Assembly (NCBI GenBank): GCA_051362555.1
Contig: CM120647.1
Coordinates: forward strand, 9,114,001 to 9,178,000
Source: Lingula anatina
Taxonomy: Eukaryota > Animalia > Brachiopoda
Direction of reading: 5' to 3'
Length of the DNA: 64,000 nucleotides
The position numbers and the translations under genes are program-made. Below, piece by piece: positions 50,932 through 64,000 of this stretch. How positions within the stretch are numbered: position 1 is the stretch's first letter; every line of letters begins with the position of its first letter. The notes below the pieces were generated by a model that was given only the letters and a program-made list of their open reading frames with translations, was not told where the DNA came from and ran no database searches.

Positions 50932-51894
50932 TAAGATGGGTCGAACCTGCTAGATCGATCTAGGCATGGGAATGGGGTCACAGGAAACTGGTATAAAAGG
51001 ATGTGAATGGCGGATTTACCATTAGGCCTATCTAAACGAATAGTGTGCTCTTGGCACAACTAATACATTCAAAATGATGCATGGAGAGTCAGCCTGTTTT
51101 ATATGTGCTATCGTTGTCACTTACGGATTTACAATAACCTAAACCAAATATGTATACTTGGCTCAACTAACACATTTAAAAAATAACATGTGGACAGTCA
51201 GCCCCTTTTCTATATTTGTTATCGTTGTCACTTAAGCCCCCTTAAAACATGATGGTTTCCTTTCTGCGTCCCGCGGTACGGCCCCGTTTGAGAGTAAAAA
51301 AATAATTTACGTGCCGACAGCTGGCCAATCATTGAGCATTCATTCTGCAATCAAAGCGATGCTTGTACCCCGTTACTACGACTACAGTGATGCCTGTTGC
51401 TTGGTCGCACAAAGGACGCTGAAAATACGCTGACCAGTGTGAATTTTTTTTTTAAGGAAAATACCAGTGATGGACATCGTGTTGTCTCGTGTTGTCGCAA
51501 AGCACGGAATCTGCCGATTTCAGTATGTAATGAAGATACCTGAGTCAGGGAATAAGGCCAAGAACCCAATGCATAAAAACCTAATATCTGAGTGTTGTTT
51601 GAAGAAACTTTCATTTCAAATTTAAATATATAGGGAGCCTATTGCAGATGACGAAATAATCTGCAATGTTCTACGTTACAAAGTCTCGTAACTATGTCAG
51701 TTGATCTGTTTTCATCCTAACCTAGTCTGGGTGGGAACAAGTCTTGATGAAGTCCTTTCATTCAAACGCAGTAACTGATTATGTAGAGTTATCACCTTCT
51801 GCGATGATAAGATGTGTTTATTTTACCCTCTGCACTACATCGCTTTCTGCAAAGAACACAAAGTCGCTATTCTAGTTTAAGTCGATCTGACTTA

Positions 51895-52196
51895 GGCCGC
51901 ATTCACATCGAGTTGAGCCATGGCTCTACAAAGCTACGACCTAAATATGGCGGACGTACATGAAAGGAAAACCGCCTAATCTTTTAATAGTCCCTCCGCC
52001 TCTCACACGCCTCCCCATGCGTCGTCCCTGCGGGGATACAGTCATTAAATATCGGCTCCGTTGGGACGACACGTGGGGAGGCATGTGAGAGGCAGAGCGA
52101 GTACTAAAAGATTAGGCGGTTTTCCTTTCATGTATGGCCGCCATATTTAGGTCATGGCTTTGTAGAGCCATGGCTCAATTCGATGTGAATGCGGCC
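51895..52196. mobile_element. Fold-back Harbinger-like MITE (family A)
   Basis: TIRs GGCCGCATTCACATCGA / TCGATGTGAATGCGGCC and TTA TSD. Confidence 0.85.
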
Positions 52197-53036
52197 TTAG
52201 TCAATGCTACAACTGTAATTTACTGGGGTTACTGGGGGGGGGGGGGGGGGTCTCCGGCTCGTACTGTAAATCATTGTTCAACCCGACCTTATACTTGGAT
52301 TAACTTTTCGTACAATTTCGAATTAGAAATCTTAGCTCTAACCGAATCATAATTCATTTAGACCCTTATCCATCTTCTCGACATTCCTGAAGGAAATGGC
52401 GATATGGGATACTTATATTTGATGAGTTACATCGTTTTTTAAGGTCTGGATTTAGGGGAAATACGTATCTTTGAGGGATATTTATCAGACTTGGAAAGAT
52501 GGCTTTGGAAAAATGTCAAATGCGTACAAAAATACATTAAACCAACAATCAGTAGCTGTTACAGTAAAACCGTGTCTTGGAGAACGACTGATTCTGATTG
52601 AAATGGCTCTTTCCCCAAAATTTATTTGATGGGATACTGTTCAGACATGCCAGATTTGGTTTCAGAATAAAATCAGCATCTTTCTTTTTAATTGAATGTC
52701 AAAACCTTAAACAGTTGGAATACGCAATATGCCAAAATAAATATTATCTAAGTATCAAGTTGTTCTATTCGAGATCGTGTATTTCAGACCGAAAGGAAAC
52801 TGTCCTTTTTAAAACATTTATTTCTCCATGTAAAAGATCTTCATGCAGTATTGTGGCAATGCAAGAGGTCAATGCAAAATCGATAACTTTTTTTCGGAGA
52901 AATGATACAAAAATTGGTTCAATTCAAGTGAATCCCTGTGCATGCCAAAAAGGGTATCTTCATACAGTATTGCGATAGTGACAAAAAGTCTAAACAAAAT
53001 CCACAACTTTAACGGAGAAATGATACAAAAATTGAT

Positions 53037-54056
53037 TCAATTCATGTTTATCCCGGCGCATGTGAGATACTGGGACGGTTTGTAGTTGGGGTCCGCTTTC
53101 ATCAGCTGTCCGCACGTGAAAGTCCCTATGCCCGGGAATTCTCTCTTCCCGTTGAGGTCGCAGCAGGGGTTACAGCGGAGAATTGAACTGAAGGGGTGTG
53201 TCTCTTGGACTCTAGAACACTCGGGGCCTAGTTCTCCTTTGATGTAGGCAGCTTCGCACGTGATCTGGTAGCGCACGTTGTTGCCTTGCTCGACTAAGCA
53301 TTGGAACTTCATGCAGGTGCAGAAGTCTTCTTGATTGGGGACAGCCCTTTTTGTTCTCACTGAAATGGGAACTGTCTGTGAATATTGGGCCTGTTCAGAA
53401 CCAGATGATTCGCAGGCTATTTAGTCCGCGGATCAAATATGGCGTTCAATTCATGATGGATTCCAGCCTCCCACGAGCGCCGTCCCTGCCTCGGCAGAGC
53501 ATTAAATCTCGGCACACTTCCAAGTAAGTCGCGCCATATTTGATCCACGGACGAGTTAGCCCGCTGATCAACTGGTTCTGAACAGACCCTTTGTGTACGT
53601 GACGTGCGCAAATTACAGCCGAAGTACAGAGGTTATTTTTAATCGGCGTTGGTTTGTTTGTGGACTCGACCAAAAAAGTTTGGAAACGTTTTTATTTTAT
53701 TTTATTTTTATTTTATTTACTTATTTATTTATTTATTATTATTATTATTTATTTATTTTATTTTTTTTTTTTGGCTAATGATAAAATAAGCATATGAGCT
53801 AATGAAAATGTTTTAACCAAATATTTATGGATAATGCACCCACCATTCGTTATTTTCTACACACTGAATATTTCCTCATTTGTCAATTATTGAAAAACAA
53901 TTTCATGTTTTCCAACTTTTTGGGTAGAGTGCATATATTTATAATATAACAATAAGGTACGGGTAGATGGTACACGTAATACTTACGCGACTTTATAGGG
54001 GGCGGTGCAGCCAAAGCGAGAGAGAAACACATCGCAAGCAGAACATAAGTGTTCAT
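53037..54056 (-). CDS. Small secreted cysteine-rich prepropeptide (~130 aa: signal peptide, RTKR site, 102-aa mature region with 10 Cys)
   Basis: Exon 54056-53987 encodes MNTYVLLAMCFSLALAAPPPIKS, with its ATG right after ttccag and a GTAAGT donor. It splices in phase 1 to 53359-53037 (acceptor cccatttcag; GC3-rich coding). An alternative in-phase acceptor lies at 53371. A probable UTR exon ends at 54814 (AAG|GTAAGT) below a TATAA at ~54902-54907. Confidence 0.8.
53387..53589. mobile_element. Family-B MITE in the intron of the cysteine-rich gene
   Basis: Ends GGGCCTGTTCAGAACCAG / CTGGTTCTGAACAGACCC. Confidence 0.7.
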
Positions 54057-54278
54057 CTGGAAAGAATTCATATAAAATCAGTGAACCGAATCATTGAAGA
54101 GAGAGAGAGAGAGAATGAGAAAGGGTGAGAGAGAGCCCAACATCCTCCCCTTTTATTTCGAAACAAAATACTAAATATAGTCTCCATCCGTCCTCAAAAA
54201 CACTTTTTTAAATATTCAATTTGTGGCCCACAGGCACTACAAGATACCTTTATCTCTTAATTACATTATTTTCAAAAA

Positions 54279-54325
<47 letters not shown>

Positions 54326-55186
54326 ATACATATTACAAGCATGACAGGTTTTCATCTGAAAAAAAATTTCGTAGAAAATCAATAAACTGAAGCATGGGGG
54401 AGCCCAACACCCGCCCCTATTCTAATAAAGAAAAAGGTGGATATTGCCCCCTTCCGTTCTCAAAAAGATAGAAGATATTTCTTGGCCCAGTTTGCTTTAT
54501 ATTGTCAATTATTATCAAAATTAATTCGTTAGTTAGTAAATGGATGTGTAAATAATGAGAATGCCTTCGAAATTTGACGCCATCTTAACCTCATACCTCT
54601 CCTAACAATTATGGTGTGTCATAATAACTCTTCAAGGCCGTTGTGAAAACAATTACGATACCGGATACTTTTCATCGAAGGTTTATTATAATGATATGCT
54701 ATTGGTGTTCATATTTTTTATTTCGAATCTTCTACAAGACAAGATTTGATATCAACCCATTAAGTTCGCAGTTTTAAAAACGCGTTCTTCAAGCACGGCT
54801 TCAGAGCACTTACCTTGTAAATGGTTTTAAGGAAACTTCACAGCCACGTTCCAAATGTCTTCAATAGTACCCCAACACGGTTTAAATCTTGGCCTGTCTC
54901 ATTATAACTTCTTGGTCAGGGGAAGTTCGACGTCTTATAGGGCCTATATACCAAACAACAACACCCCGAGATTCTAAATTTAGTCTATAACTCGCCTCCA
55001 TTCAACTTGTTGATGAAATAGAAAGGTGTCTGTAAATTTTGAACCTCGGGGTGATCGAACTGAGGGTCGTATTTGCGTCCAAAATTAAAAGCGTTATCAT
55101 TTGACTCAAAGGCGCCTGTGTTAAGTGTGAATTTTATCATTTTTGGGATTGCAGTAAACTGTTTGCTTAGTCTTGGGCCGATTACC

Positions 55187-55463
55187 AAGTGGCGGATTAA
55201 GAGGTGGGGGGGGGGGGGGGGGTCAGGGGGTCCTGACTCCCCCCCCCTTTCGGTTTTCGAAAAATATATCACACCAATATTCCCCTCTTGAAATAAGAAT
55301 TTTGACTATCTACATTATAGTCCTAAACCTTATCAAAGGGCACTGTTTTTCTTGGGAGCCCTCGAGGAGACCCCGAACCCTACACCAAGGGACGATGGTC
55401 GGCTTCGCATCCGAGGCCCGTTGTTCCGGACCCCTCCTTCAAATAATCCTGGATCCGCCCCTG
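55187..55463. mobile_element. hAT-like MITE (same family as 10835-11126)
   Basis: AAGTGGCGGAT...GATCCGCCCCTG with 5-bp TSD TTACC. Confidence 0.75.
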
Positions 55464-58400
55464 TTACCTAATGCAATATACACAACCTATTCAACCAAGC
55501 ACTGACGAATCTGGGATTTTGTTGAGGGGGGGGGGGGAGGGGGGCAAGGACAGAATTTTTTAAATCTCCGCTACGCTCAAAGGATATGGCATTTTTGACG
55601 AGGGCAATTTCTTATAATAAGTAGGGCACGAAGAAACTGTTTTAAAGTATTCTGTTTCCTGGAGGGGAGAATGGTTACTACCGCGGCTTAAGGTGGCGTG
55701 AGGGTGGCACATGACTCACAGTATACCCTACCTTCTCTGCTCCATAGTGCCAGAAACATGGAGAACACGTGCTGCTTGTGTTTTTTTTTAATGTTTTTAA
55801 AATCATTTATATATTTACAGACTAAGCCTTCTTTGATTTTTAATCTCTATAGTGAAATAAAAATCTACATAGTGGAGAACACCACCTGTTTGTTCAGGCC
55901 TGTAGTCGAAAGAACCGCACTTTTTGTTGGGAAAAGGTCCACTCTGGGCAAAATTTGATCTAGGTACATGAGAATTTTATGGTTAAAGGTCCGCTTTTTC
56001 AGAAAAAGAACCCCATTCTAAGCTGCTGGTTACGGGCCTATTATTTTGTTTTACAGGGGACTAGACGCTTTCTTTCGTAAAGTATCTAGTGAAAGACACT
56101 TTAGTGCACGTTTAGTAGATTAGTAATATCAAGGACAGTCGCGTTTACATCAGTTTCGATTTAGGCCTGTTTAAATCTTTGAACCTTTTAACATCCAAAC
56201 TGGAAATCTTAGCGAGACAGCTGAGTAGATATTATTTGACAGACTGACCTGCCTACTTGTGGAAAACTTGTGAAAGGAAGTTGTAAGTTTCCTGTAGCGT
56301 TATATCTAAAATACAAGGCTCGATGTAAAAAGCCTATAAACTTGACCAGTGTGAGACATGCAACTCCTGTCTTGGAAACAGTTAGGCACATATACGCCAT
56401 TCTAGACAGTCGGGCCCGTAGCCAGCTATTTCAAAATTTTTACAATGAAACTTTTGTGTACCTTGATCAAAATTTGTTACCCAGGATGGACTTCTTCCTG
56501 ACAAAAGCCCTCCCCTGGCTACGAACCTGACCTAACCTGTGACGCTATAGAGCACGATGGCTAAAAATTATTGGCGAAAAAAAAATCAGCGTGCACTTAA
56601 CCCTTCTGAAAATATTTAAAGGTAGAGTTTTTTAACGAGCCATGCATTCGTCTTGCGACGGCAATTTTGCTGCTTACACGAAATGGAGAAGTTGGTAACT
56701 TGCGAATTTCTTTCTCTTTTGTGTGTCAGCGCTCATTTCAGATTATCAGATTATACAGTCACAACTAAACAGCTTTTTAACAACTTGTATATACTGCTTA
56801 ACACTATCACAGCGTTTTACATTTGGAATAAAGCGGACACACTCGTAGTTCCTTTTTACGGTTATTCTTTTGACGACACAGGACCCATTTTCATTTTAAT
56901 GAAAATTTCCTTGATTTTCCAAATGCATACTTTATTTGATGAGACCAAGCGTAAGTAATAAGTAAAAGCATTGCTTCTGTCACACAAAGATGTTATTTTT
57001 TTATATACGTGTGAGGATCATTGTGGAATTGAAATTAAGAGGTGTAAAATTTCATTCAGCAGAGTGACCCAGATAGGAATACAATTTTGGGCTCAGGCTT
57101 TCCCTTACCGTCTACCAGCTTTCTTCATACTGCGTTTGATCCGTATTTCCTAGATTTTTATTTAAACAAGTTTTCAGACAACAAAAAGCCTAGATATTAT
57201 GCGAATTTAACTCACATTTTTTTTTCGAAGCGCCAGTTGAGTTTGCATTTTGTTAATCATGACCATTTTTACATATGGGATATATTGTCATTGGTAGTGC
57301 ACACCAGGGCCCCGTATCTCGAAAGTTTCGCTATGTTGCGCACGTGCGCAAGCGTCTCGATTCCAAAACTCGTCCATACTCGTCCCATATAATACATTGT
57401 AGCCTCTATTTGATATAGCGATTCGCAATACGCGATGCTTTCGAGATACGGGGCCCCGGAGGCAGTCGCGATCGCATGGAGTGCTTTTTTCACACGAAAT
57501 CCTCATTGTTAGGTTTAACTAGAAAAGTAAATATATTGTTGGTAAGTCAGTTAACATTAAAACCACCAAACAGCTAACAAAGGGGTGTTTATTATATCTT
57601 GTTTACCTTTAGAAAATTGTAATCGCGCATTTGTCGCCGTTTTGACAGTTCACGTTGCGCTTATCGCCTTTTTGATTGATAAAATTGCCAAGAAAAGTAA
57701 AAATATGAATTTTACGCAACACCTCAACCTTTTTTCCAAAACCAAAAATCAATTTTATTACTTGGACATTGCCTGGTTTTATGGAAGAAATCTACGTGAC
57801 GGAAATTGCAAATTTTCAAGTTAAGTGAGATGAGGGAAAATGTAAGTAAAGAATGCCGACTGATAAACAAGCCGAGTGCACATGCATTCAACGCCATTAA
57901 AATTAATTTGAAGTCTGGTGATTGTGTTTTAACAAAAGAAAAAATGTAGAATATAATTTTATTCAACTATTATATACAGTAACATTCAATTTCAAAATTA
58001 CTTTAGTACTCATTAATGAATCATGAAAACGCAATGAATCAATAAATGGTAGTATTATTGAAAGTTTTAAGATTTCTATTCTCGTCTTTATCACCAAACA
58101 TCAGAACACAAACAGTCCGATAATGCTGGTCTTGTGGTCGGAAGCTGGTACCCGATACTTGTGGGCCGTGGGGAAAAACCCGTCTAAACCCTTCGTGGGG
58201 AATGCCGGGAAAATGCCCACGCCCGGATACTTTAGTCTATGTAACATGATAACTTCAGTTTTTCATTGGCACGGCGCTTTACAGTTCAAGAATATCTTCC
58301 CGTTTTAGACAACATGGTGCAACTGTATTTTCTTTCGTGACTACAAACTTCTCTACATAGACTATATTGGTATAAGATGAAGCACAAGAACTTAAGAAAG

Positions 58401-59734
58401 TACGTCATTCCCACTGAAAGAGGTACTAAAGACAATTAAGACATTTTCTGGAGTCCTTACACAATTAAACTGAGACTTATATTAATAAGTCATAAATAAA
58501 GAAACTAGATCCTTTTACAACTGAAAGCATCCATCAAAACTTGAATATATTTCTAAAATATATAAAAAGTTCAGGTTATATGTTTATTACCCAGACACCT
58601 CAATGATTTAAACTAAACTTTGACATATAACCGTTTAAAACAGGCGTTTCTCAAATGTAATTTTGCCCTGAAATCGCAACTACTTGTATGATCCAAGTAA
58701 TGAATAAAGCAAGCTTGCTTCGACATATTTCACTGTATGACCGTCCATGTAAATTTCAATATGACTTTTGGGGTCCGGAGAAAAGGGTGCATATGTGATG
58801 AACTGGATATATTTGTCAACTATAACCCTTGAGAAAATCATAATATTAGTGATATTAGTAATGTGCGATCCTCTATCTTGAGAGATGCCTGAATGCATCC
58901 AGCCATCCCTCATGAGGAGCAGACTGTACAAAAAATATAATGAAATATTTTCTCAATCGTAAAATATTTCATTATAGATTTTGCACAACCTATCAATGTA
59001 AAACCTCTTCATGTAAAAGCATTTACATGAAGTAAGATTTTACAAAGATGCGAGGGTTAGTGGAGGTTAGTGTGCGGATTATGATTTTCCCAAACGCTAT
59101 ACTGACGAACAACTCCACATCATCAACAGCACAAATTTGAAAATTGACTACATCACTAGGATTGAAATAAAACACAGACGACCATAAGTGGTGGCGTTTT
59201 GTGAGCGAAAACCTATCTCATTTGGAATGTGGATAAAGCAACTACATATTCTATTTGAACGTTAAATAATACGTAACTGTAGAGGTTGACAAAATTTTCA
59301 CACAGAACCACAATTCATCTTATTCAATTGAACATTTATGGAATTAAGAACGAGCATCCTGAACTCGGTGCTCTCTTAAGTTATTGGAATAAAATGTTCC
59401 ACTGTCATAACTGAAAAAAACTTAAAATTAAATGCAATTACACCCGACTCGTATCTGTGACCCGTGAAGCGCATAAATTCTCAATATCCAAAAGACTTGA
59501 GTACATTTTTAGGTTGTACCAGTATTCCGTTTACATTCAGTATATCGCTCTTCATTATCATTCCACATTCTCTATTTTTTTTTTTTTTTTTGCAGACAAG
59601 CTGTGTCCTTAAAACGAAGACTGCTAGGACGTCCGGTCATCAATGAAAGTGGCTACAGGGGCTCGTTGCTAGCGACATATAGTGTTGCACATTTGCACAT
59701 TTAGGCGAGGATTGATAGTTTCTGCGTTCTAGCA

Positions 59735-60710
59735 TCATTTCTGGAAAACTGCCCTTTCGTAACCTACAAATGAAACGTAATTTAAAGTATGAAAAGCAAT
59801 TGAAAGCTTGCAGTAATTGCAAAAAAGAATATGTATTTCACTGGTATTTACACACCGTTAATACTAGTATTTATTTTGATGTTCCATTATGTTATGGTTC
59901 TTAACATGACTACTTTTTATTTTATTTTATTTTGTTTTGTTTTACTTACATTTTATTTTATTTTATTTTATTTTCACTTCTATAAAACAACACAAGAAAA
60001 TCACATTATGATTTATAAGAGTGCTAAGATTCTACAATAAGAAAGTGACTGAAGAATAAGAGGTATATAAAGGAAGGCATATTAATCACAAAAACGTCTA
60101 ACGATCTAAACAATATAAAAAAGTGAAAATACATGCTCACCTGTACGATGGCCTTTTAGTACCACAACCGCAGCACTTAGGGTGAGGTTGGGGGGTAGTA
60201 GCTCCCAGTATTCTAGACCAGTGACAACGCCACGTGTGTCGCATTGGGACTGTGAAAATCTGAAATTTGGCCGATAGGAAGTCAAAATATTTTGTGCGAG
60301 TGATTTTTTTTTGCAAGTTTGTGACAAATTAAAAGAGCTTTTGGATTCTAAAATGTCTGGACTAAGAATTTCCTTGAATAAATTGTAAATAGAATACAAA
60401 TGTCTACATTTAGTGACTAGATAACGGTTTCCAAAAGGTATAATTTAAAGTTTTATGAGAAGAACAAAACTGCTATTGTTTGATACCAATGATATTTGGA
60501 TTGGTCCATTTTGATCCCTTTCGTCTAAAAGTAAAGACTAACTTAAAAACATTTTACAAGGGACCCAGTGATCCGAATGAGTAGCAATGAGTACCTGTGC
60601 CATGTTGACTGAGGAGTAAGACTTCATGTCATCTTCTGTGCTGTCCAGCCGCTTTGTTTTCACGTTGCGATTTTTCAGGGTCTCATCTCCTTTTCCTTTT
60701 CTTTTGTTCT
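59735..60710 (-). CDS. Possible 3' coding exons of an uncharacterised gene
   Basis: Exons 60710-60595, 60249-60141 and 59763-59735 have canonical splice sites and chain in frame (ENKRKGKGDETLKNRNVKTKRLDSTEDDMKSYSSVNMAQ-SQCDTRGVVTGLEYWELLPPNLTLSAAVVVLKGHRT-GYERAVFQK*). No recognisable homology. Confidence 0.3.
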
Positions 60711-61135
60711 CTAAAACGGTAACACATTCCAATTATTATTAAGAATGTTTATTGAATTACCAACCCTTTGTTGTATCAATATTTCTATTATTTTCTGTGT
60801 AATCAATGACTGCGACATACTAATTATTGTTTGGACAAATAGGTTTTTTCAGAATGTATATGCATTTGGTGTGAAGACCATATGATTTTTCAAAACAGCT
60901 TTTGATTTGATTTAGTTTTTAACTTATATCGTAATTCTAAAAATGTCAAAGTCTTAAAATTTTATATTTTAAATATATATTCAAATGCAATCCAATCCAA
61001 ATTCATTGAAATTTGTATTCGGACCAGTGAATCCTTATTTAGACCAAAAGATTTTGGGAAAGTTTAGGTCCAATAGCCAGTAAGGCGAAAAGCTTATGGC
61101 AAATCATTTAAGTCTATTTCTCGCCCCAATAACAC

Positions 61136-64000
61136 GGGTTACCTCTAAGGGTTTTCCATCTCAGTGAAACACCATATGCCTTGGACGCTTCCCCGATGCA
61201 GCCACCTCGTAGACAAACCATTGCAGGACTCACTGGACGCTTTCCCGATGAAGCCACCTCGTAGACAGACCATGGCAGGACTCACTGGTCGCTTCCCCAT
61301 TGCAGTCACCTTATAGACAGGACGTGAAAGGACTTGCTGGCACCAAGGATTGATGGACGTAGCTGAAGTGTAGATGTGGCCCTTTTCTCCTTGCACTTGT
61401 CAGTGGGAGCTCTATCGAAACAGAAAGAAAATAGGATTAATGACTTTTTCTACCTATGTTAACACTCTGCAGTCAGGCTTACCTTTAAAGGTTTTCCATC
61501 TCAGGGAAACACCACATGCCGTCGACGCTTCCTCATTGCAACCATCTTGTAGACAGACCATGGCAGGATTCGCTGGACACTACCTCAATGCAACCATCTC
61601 ATAGACGGGCCACAGCAGGACTCACATGACACTTCTCCAATGCAGGCACTTCGTAGACAGACCATGGCAGGGAACTTCCTCATTGCAGCCACCTCGTAGA
61701 CAACTAGCAAGACTCGCTGGACGCTTCCCCAGTGCAGCCATCTCGTAAACAGACCATGGCAGGACTCGCTGGCACTAAGGATTGGTGGAAGTAGTTGGAA
61801 GTGTAGATGTGGGTCTCTTTTCCTTGCAGTTGTCAGTGGTGGCTATAGTGAGAATCGCCCCAATCGAGTTCTGTTAACAGAAAGAAAAACGGATTAATGA
61901 CTTTTTCTACATATTTCTGTTAACAGAAATAAATAATTAATGACTTTTACTACCTTTGTTAGTACTCTGCAGTCAGGCTTACCTCTAAGGATATTCCATC
62001 TCAGTGAAACGACATGTCTGGAACGCTTCCCCATTACTGCCACCTCGTAGACAGACCATGGTAGGACTCGCTGGCACCAAGGATTGTTCTTTATGTAGAT
62101 GTGGCCCTCTCCTTGTAGTTGTCAGTGGGTGCTTTATCGAGAATCACCACAACCGAGTTCTGTTAACAGAAAGAAAAAACAGATTAATGACGTTTCCTAC
62201 ACGTCTGTTAACAGAAAGAAAAATGGATTAATGACTTTTTCTACATATGTCAGTAATCTGCAGTCAGGCTTACCCTTAAAGGTTTTCTGTTAACAGAAAT
62301 AAAAACGGATTAACGACTTTCTTTACCCATGTTAGTACTCTGCAGTCAGGCTTACCTCTAAGGGTTTTCCATCTCAGTGAAACACCATATCCCCAATGGA
62401 GCCACCTCGTAGACAGAATGGCCACATTCGCTGGACGATTCCCCGATGCAGACACCTCAGACAGACCATGGCTGAACTCGCTGGACGCTTCCCTGATGCA
62501 ACCATCTCATAGACAGACCATGGCGGGACTTGCTGGACACTTCCCCAATGCAGCCATCTCGTAGACAGACCATGGCAGGACTCACTGGACGCTTCCCTGA
62601 TGCAGCCACCTCGTAGACAGACCATGGCAGGACTTGCTGGCACAAAGGATTGATGGAAGTAGCTGACGTGTAGATGTGGGTCTCTTTTCCTTGCAGTTGT
62701 CAGTGGTAGCTCTAGTGAAAATCGCCTTAATTGAGTTCTGTTAACAGAAAGGAAAACGGATTAATGACTTTTCCTACATATTTCTGTTAACAGAAATAAA
62801 AATCCATTAATGACTTTTCCTACATATGTTAGCACTCTGCACTCAGGCTTCCCTTTAAGGGTTGTCTGTTAACAGAAATAAAAACGGATTAATGACCTTC
62901 TTTACCCATGTTAGTACTCTGCAGTCAGGCTTACCTCTAAGGTTTTTTCCATCTCAGTGAAACACCATATGTCTGGAACGCTTCCCCGTTATCGTCACCT
63001 CGTAGACAGACCATGGCAGGACTTGCTGGACGCTTCCCCGATGCAGACACCTCATAGACAGACCATGGCAGGACTCGCTGGACACTTCCCCAATGCAGCC
63101 ACCTCGTAGACAGGATGTGGCAGGACTTGCTGGACACTTCCCCAATGCAGCCATCTTGTGGACGTAGCTGAAGTGTATATGTGAACTTCTTCTCCTTGTC
63201 AGTGGAAGCTCTATCTAAACAGAGAAAAAATAGAATTAATGACTTTTTTTTACCTATGTGAACACTCTGCATTCAGGCTTACCTTTAAAAGGTTTCCATC
63301 TCAGGGAAACACCACATGCCGTCGACGCTTCCTCATTGCAACCATCTTGTAGACAGACCACAGCAGGACTCGCTGGACGCTTCCCCAATGCATCCATCTC
63401 GTAGACAGACCATGTCAGGACTCGCTGGATGCTTCCCCAATGCAGTCACCTCGTAGACAGACCATGTAGGACTCACCGGAGGCTTCTCCATTGCAGCCAT
63501 CTCGAAGAAAGACCATTGCAGGACTTGCTGGACACTTCCCCATTGGAGCCACCTTGTAGACAGCCCATGGCAGGACTCGCTGGCACTTAGGATTGATCGA
63601 AGCAACTGAAGTGTACATGTGGCCCCTTTCTCCTTGCAGTTGTCAGTGGGAGATCTATCCAGAATAGCCAAAATCGAGTTCTGTTAATAGAAAGAAAATG
63701 AATTAATGACTTTTCCTACATATGTCTGTTAACAGAAAGCAAAATGGATTGTCACTGGGAGTTCTATCGAAAATCACCATAATCTGATTTTGTTTACAGA
63801 AAGAAAACCAGATTACGACTTTTCCAACCTATCTCAGCACTCTGCAGTCAGGCTTACCTTTAAGGGTTTGGATCTCAGTGAAACAACATATGCCTTAGAC
63901 GCTTCCCCGATGCAACCACCTCACAGACAGACCATGGCAGGACCCACTGGATGCTTCCTTAATGCAGCCACCTCGTAGACGGACCATGACAGGACTCCCT
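61136..64000. repeat. Higher-order satellite: runs of a 52-bp unit (GCAGCCACCTCGTAGACAGACCATGGCAGGACTCGCTGGACGCTTCCCCAAT) alternating with AT-richer spacer modules; continues past the window end
   Basis: The 52-nt period is visible directly (e.g. CTGGAC at 62481, 62533, 62585). The spacer module CTGCAGTCAGGCTTACCT..GTTTTCCATCTCAG recurs at irregular intervals, and CTGTTAACAGAAA recurs many times. Confidence 0.9.

Noticed and set aside
52598-52978. 126-aa plus-strand ORF
   Set aside because: TTG start, AT-rich, no motifs, and it lies antisense to the likely 3'UTR of the cysteine-rich gene.
56597-57518. piggyBac-like element (TTAACCCT.. / ..AGGTTTAA)
   Set aside because: The terminal match is too short and imperfect to support a call.

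Overview
AT-rich, intron-containing eukaryotic genomic DNA from an invertebrate animal (the repeat landscape of MITEs and Helentron-type elements suggests a lophotrochozoan such as a mollusc; this is inference). By chaining GT-AG exons by hand I recover four genes. (1) RBBP8/CtIP on + (8 coding exons, 12344-24364, ~1331 aa), which unexpectedly carries a tandem pair of ubiquitin-interacting motifs. (2) An 11-exon secreted protein on - (35387-28328, ~394 aa) of the 'HFxGGxIxW...CCR...DTGxPNxSP...DPDGD...EDF...PLSxVPLQ' family. (3) A hydroxylysine kinase-like (HYKK/AGPHD1) gene on - (49184-45127) with an in-frame TAA between its catalytic motifs. (4) A small signal peptide + RTKR + 10-Cys precursor on - (54056-53037). 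There may be a fifth, weakly supported 3' gene end at 59.7-60.7 kb, next to a complex 52-bp satellite whose spacers read as complete mini-introns. Introns and intergenic DNA are full of non-autonomous DNA transposons: Harbinger-like, hAT-like with 5-bp TSDs, Kolobok-like, two Helentron-type elements and Tc1 relics. No rRNA, tRNA or CRISPR was seen. Most of the short ORFs in the track are spurious.
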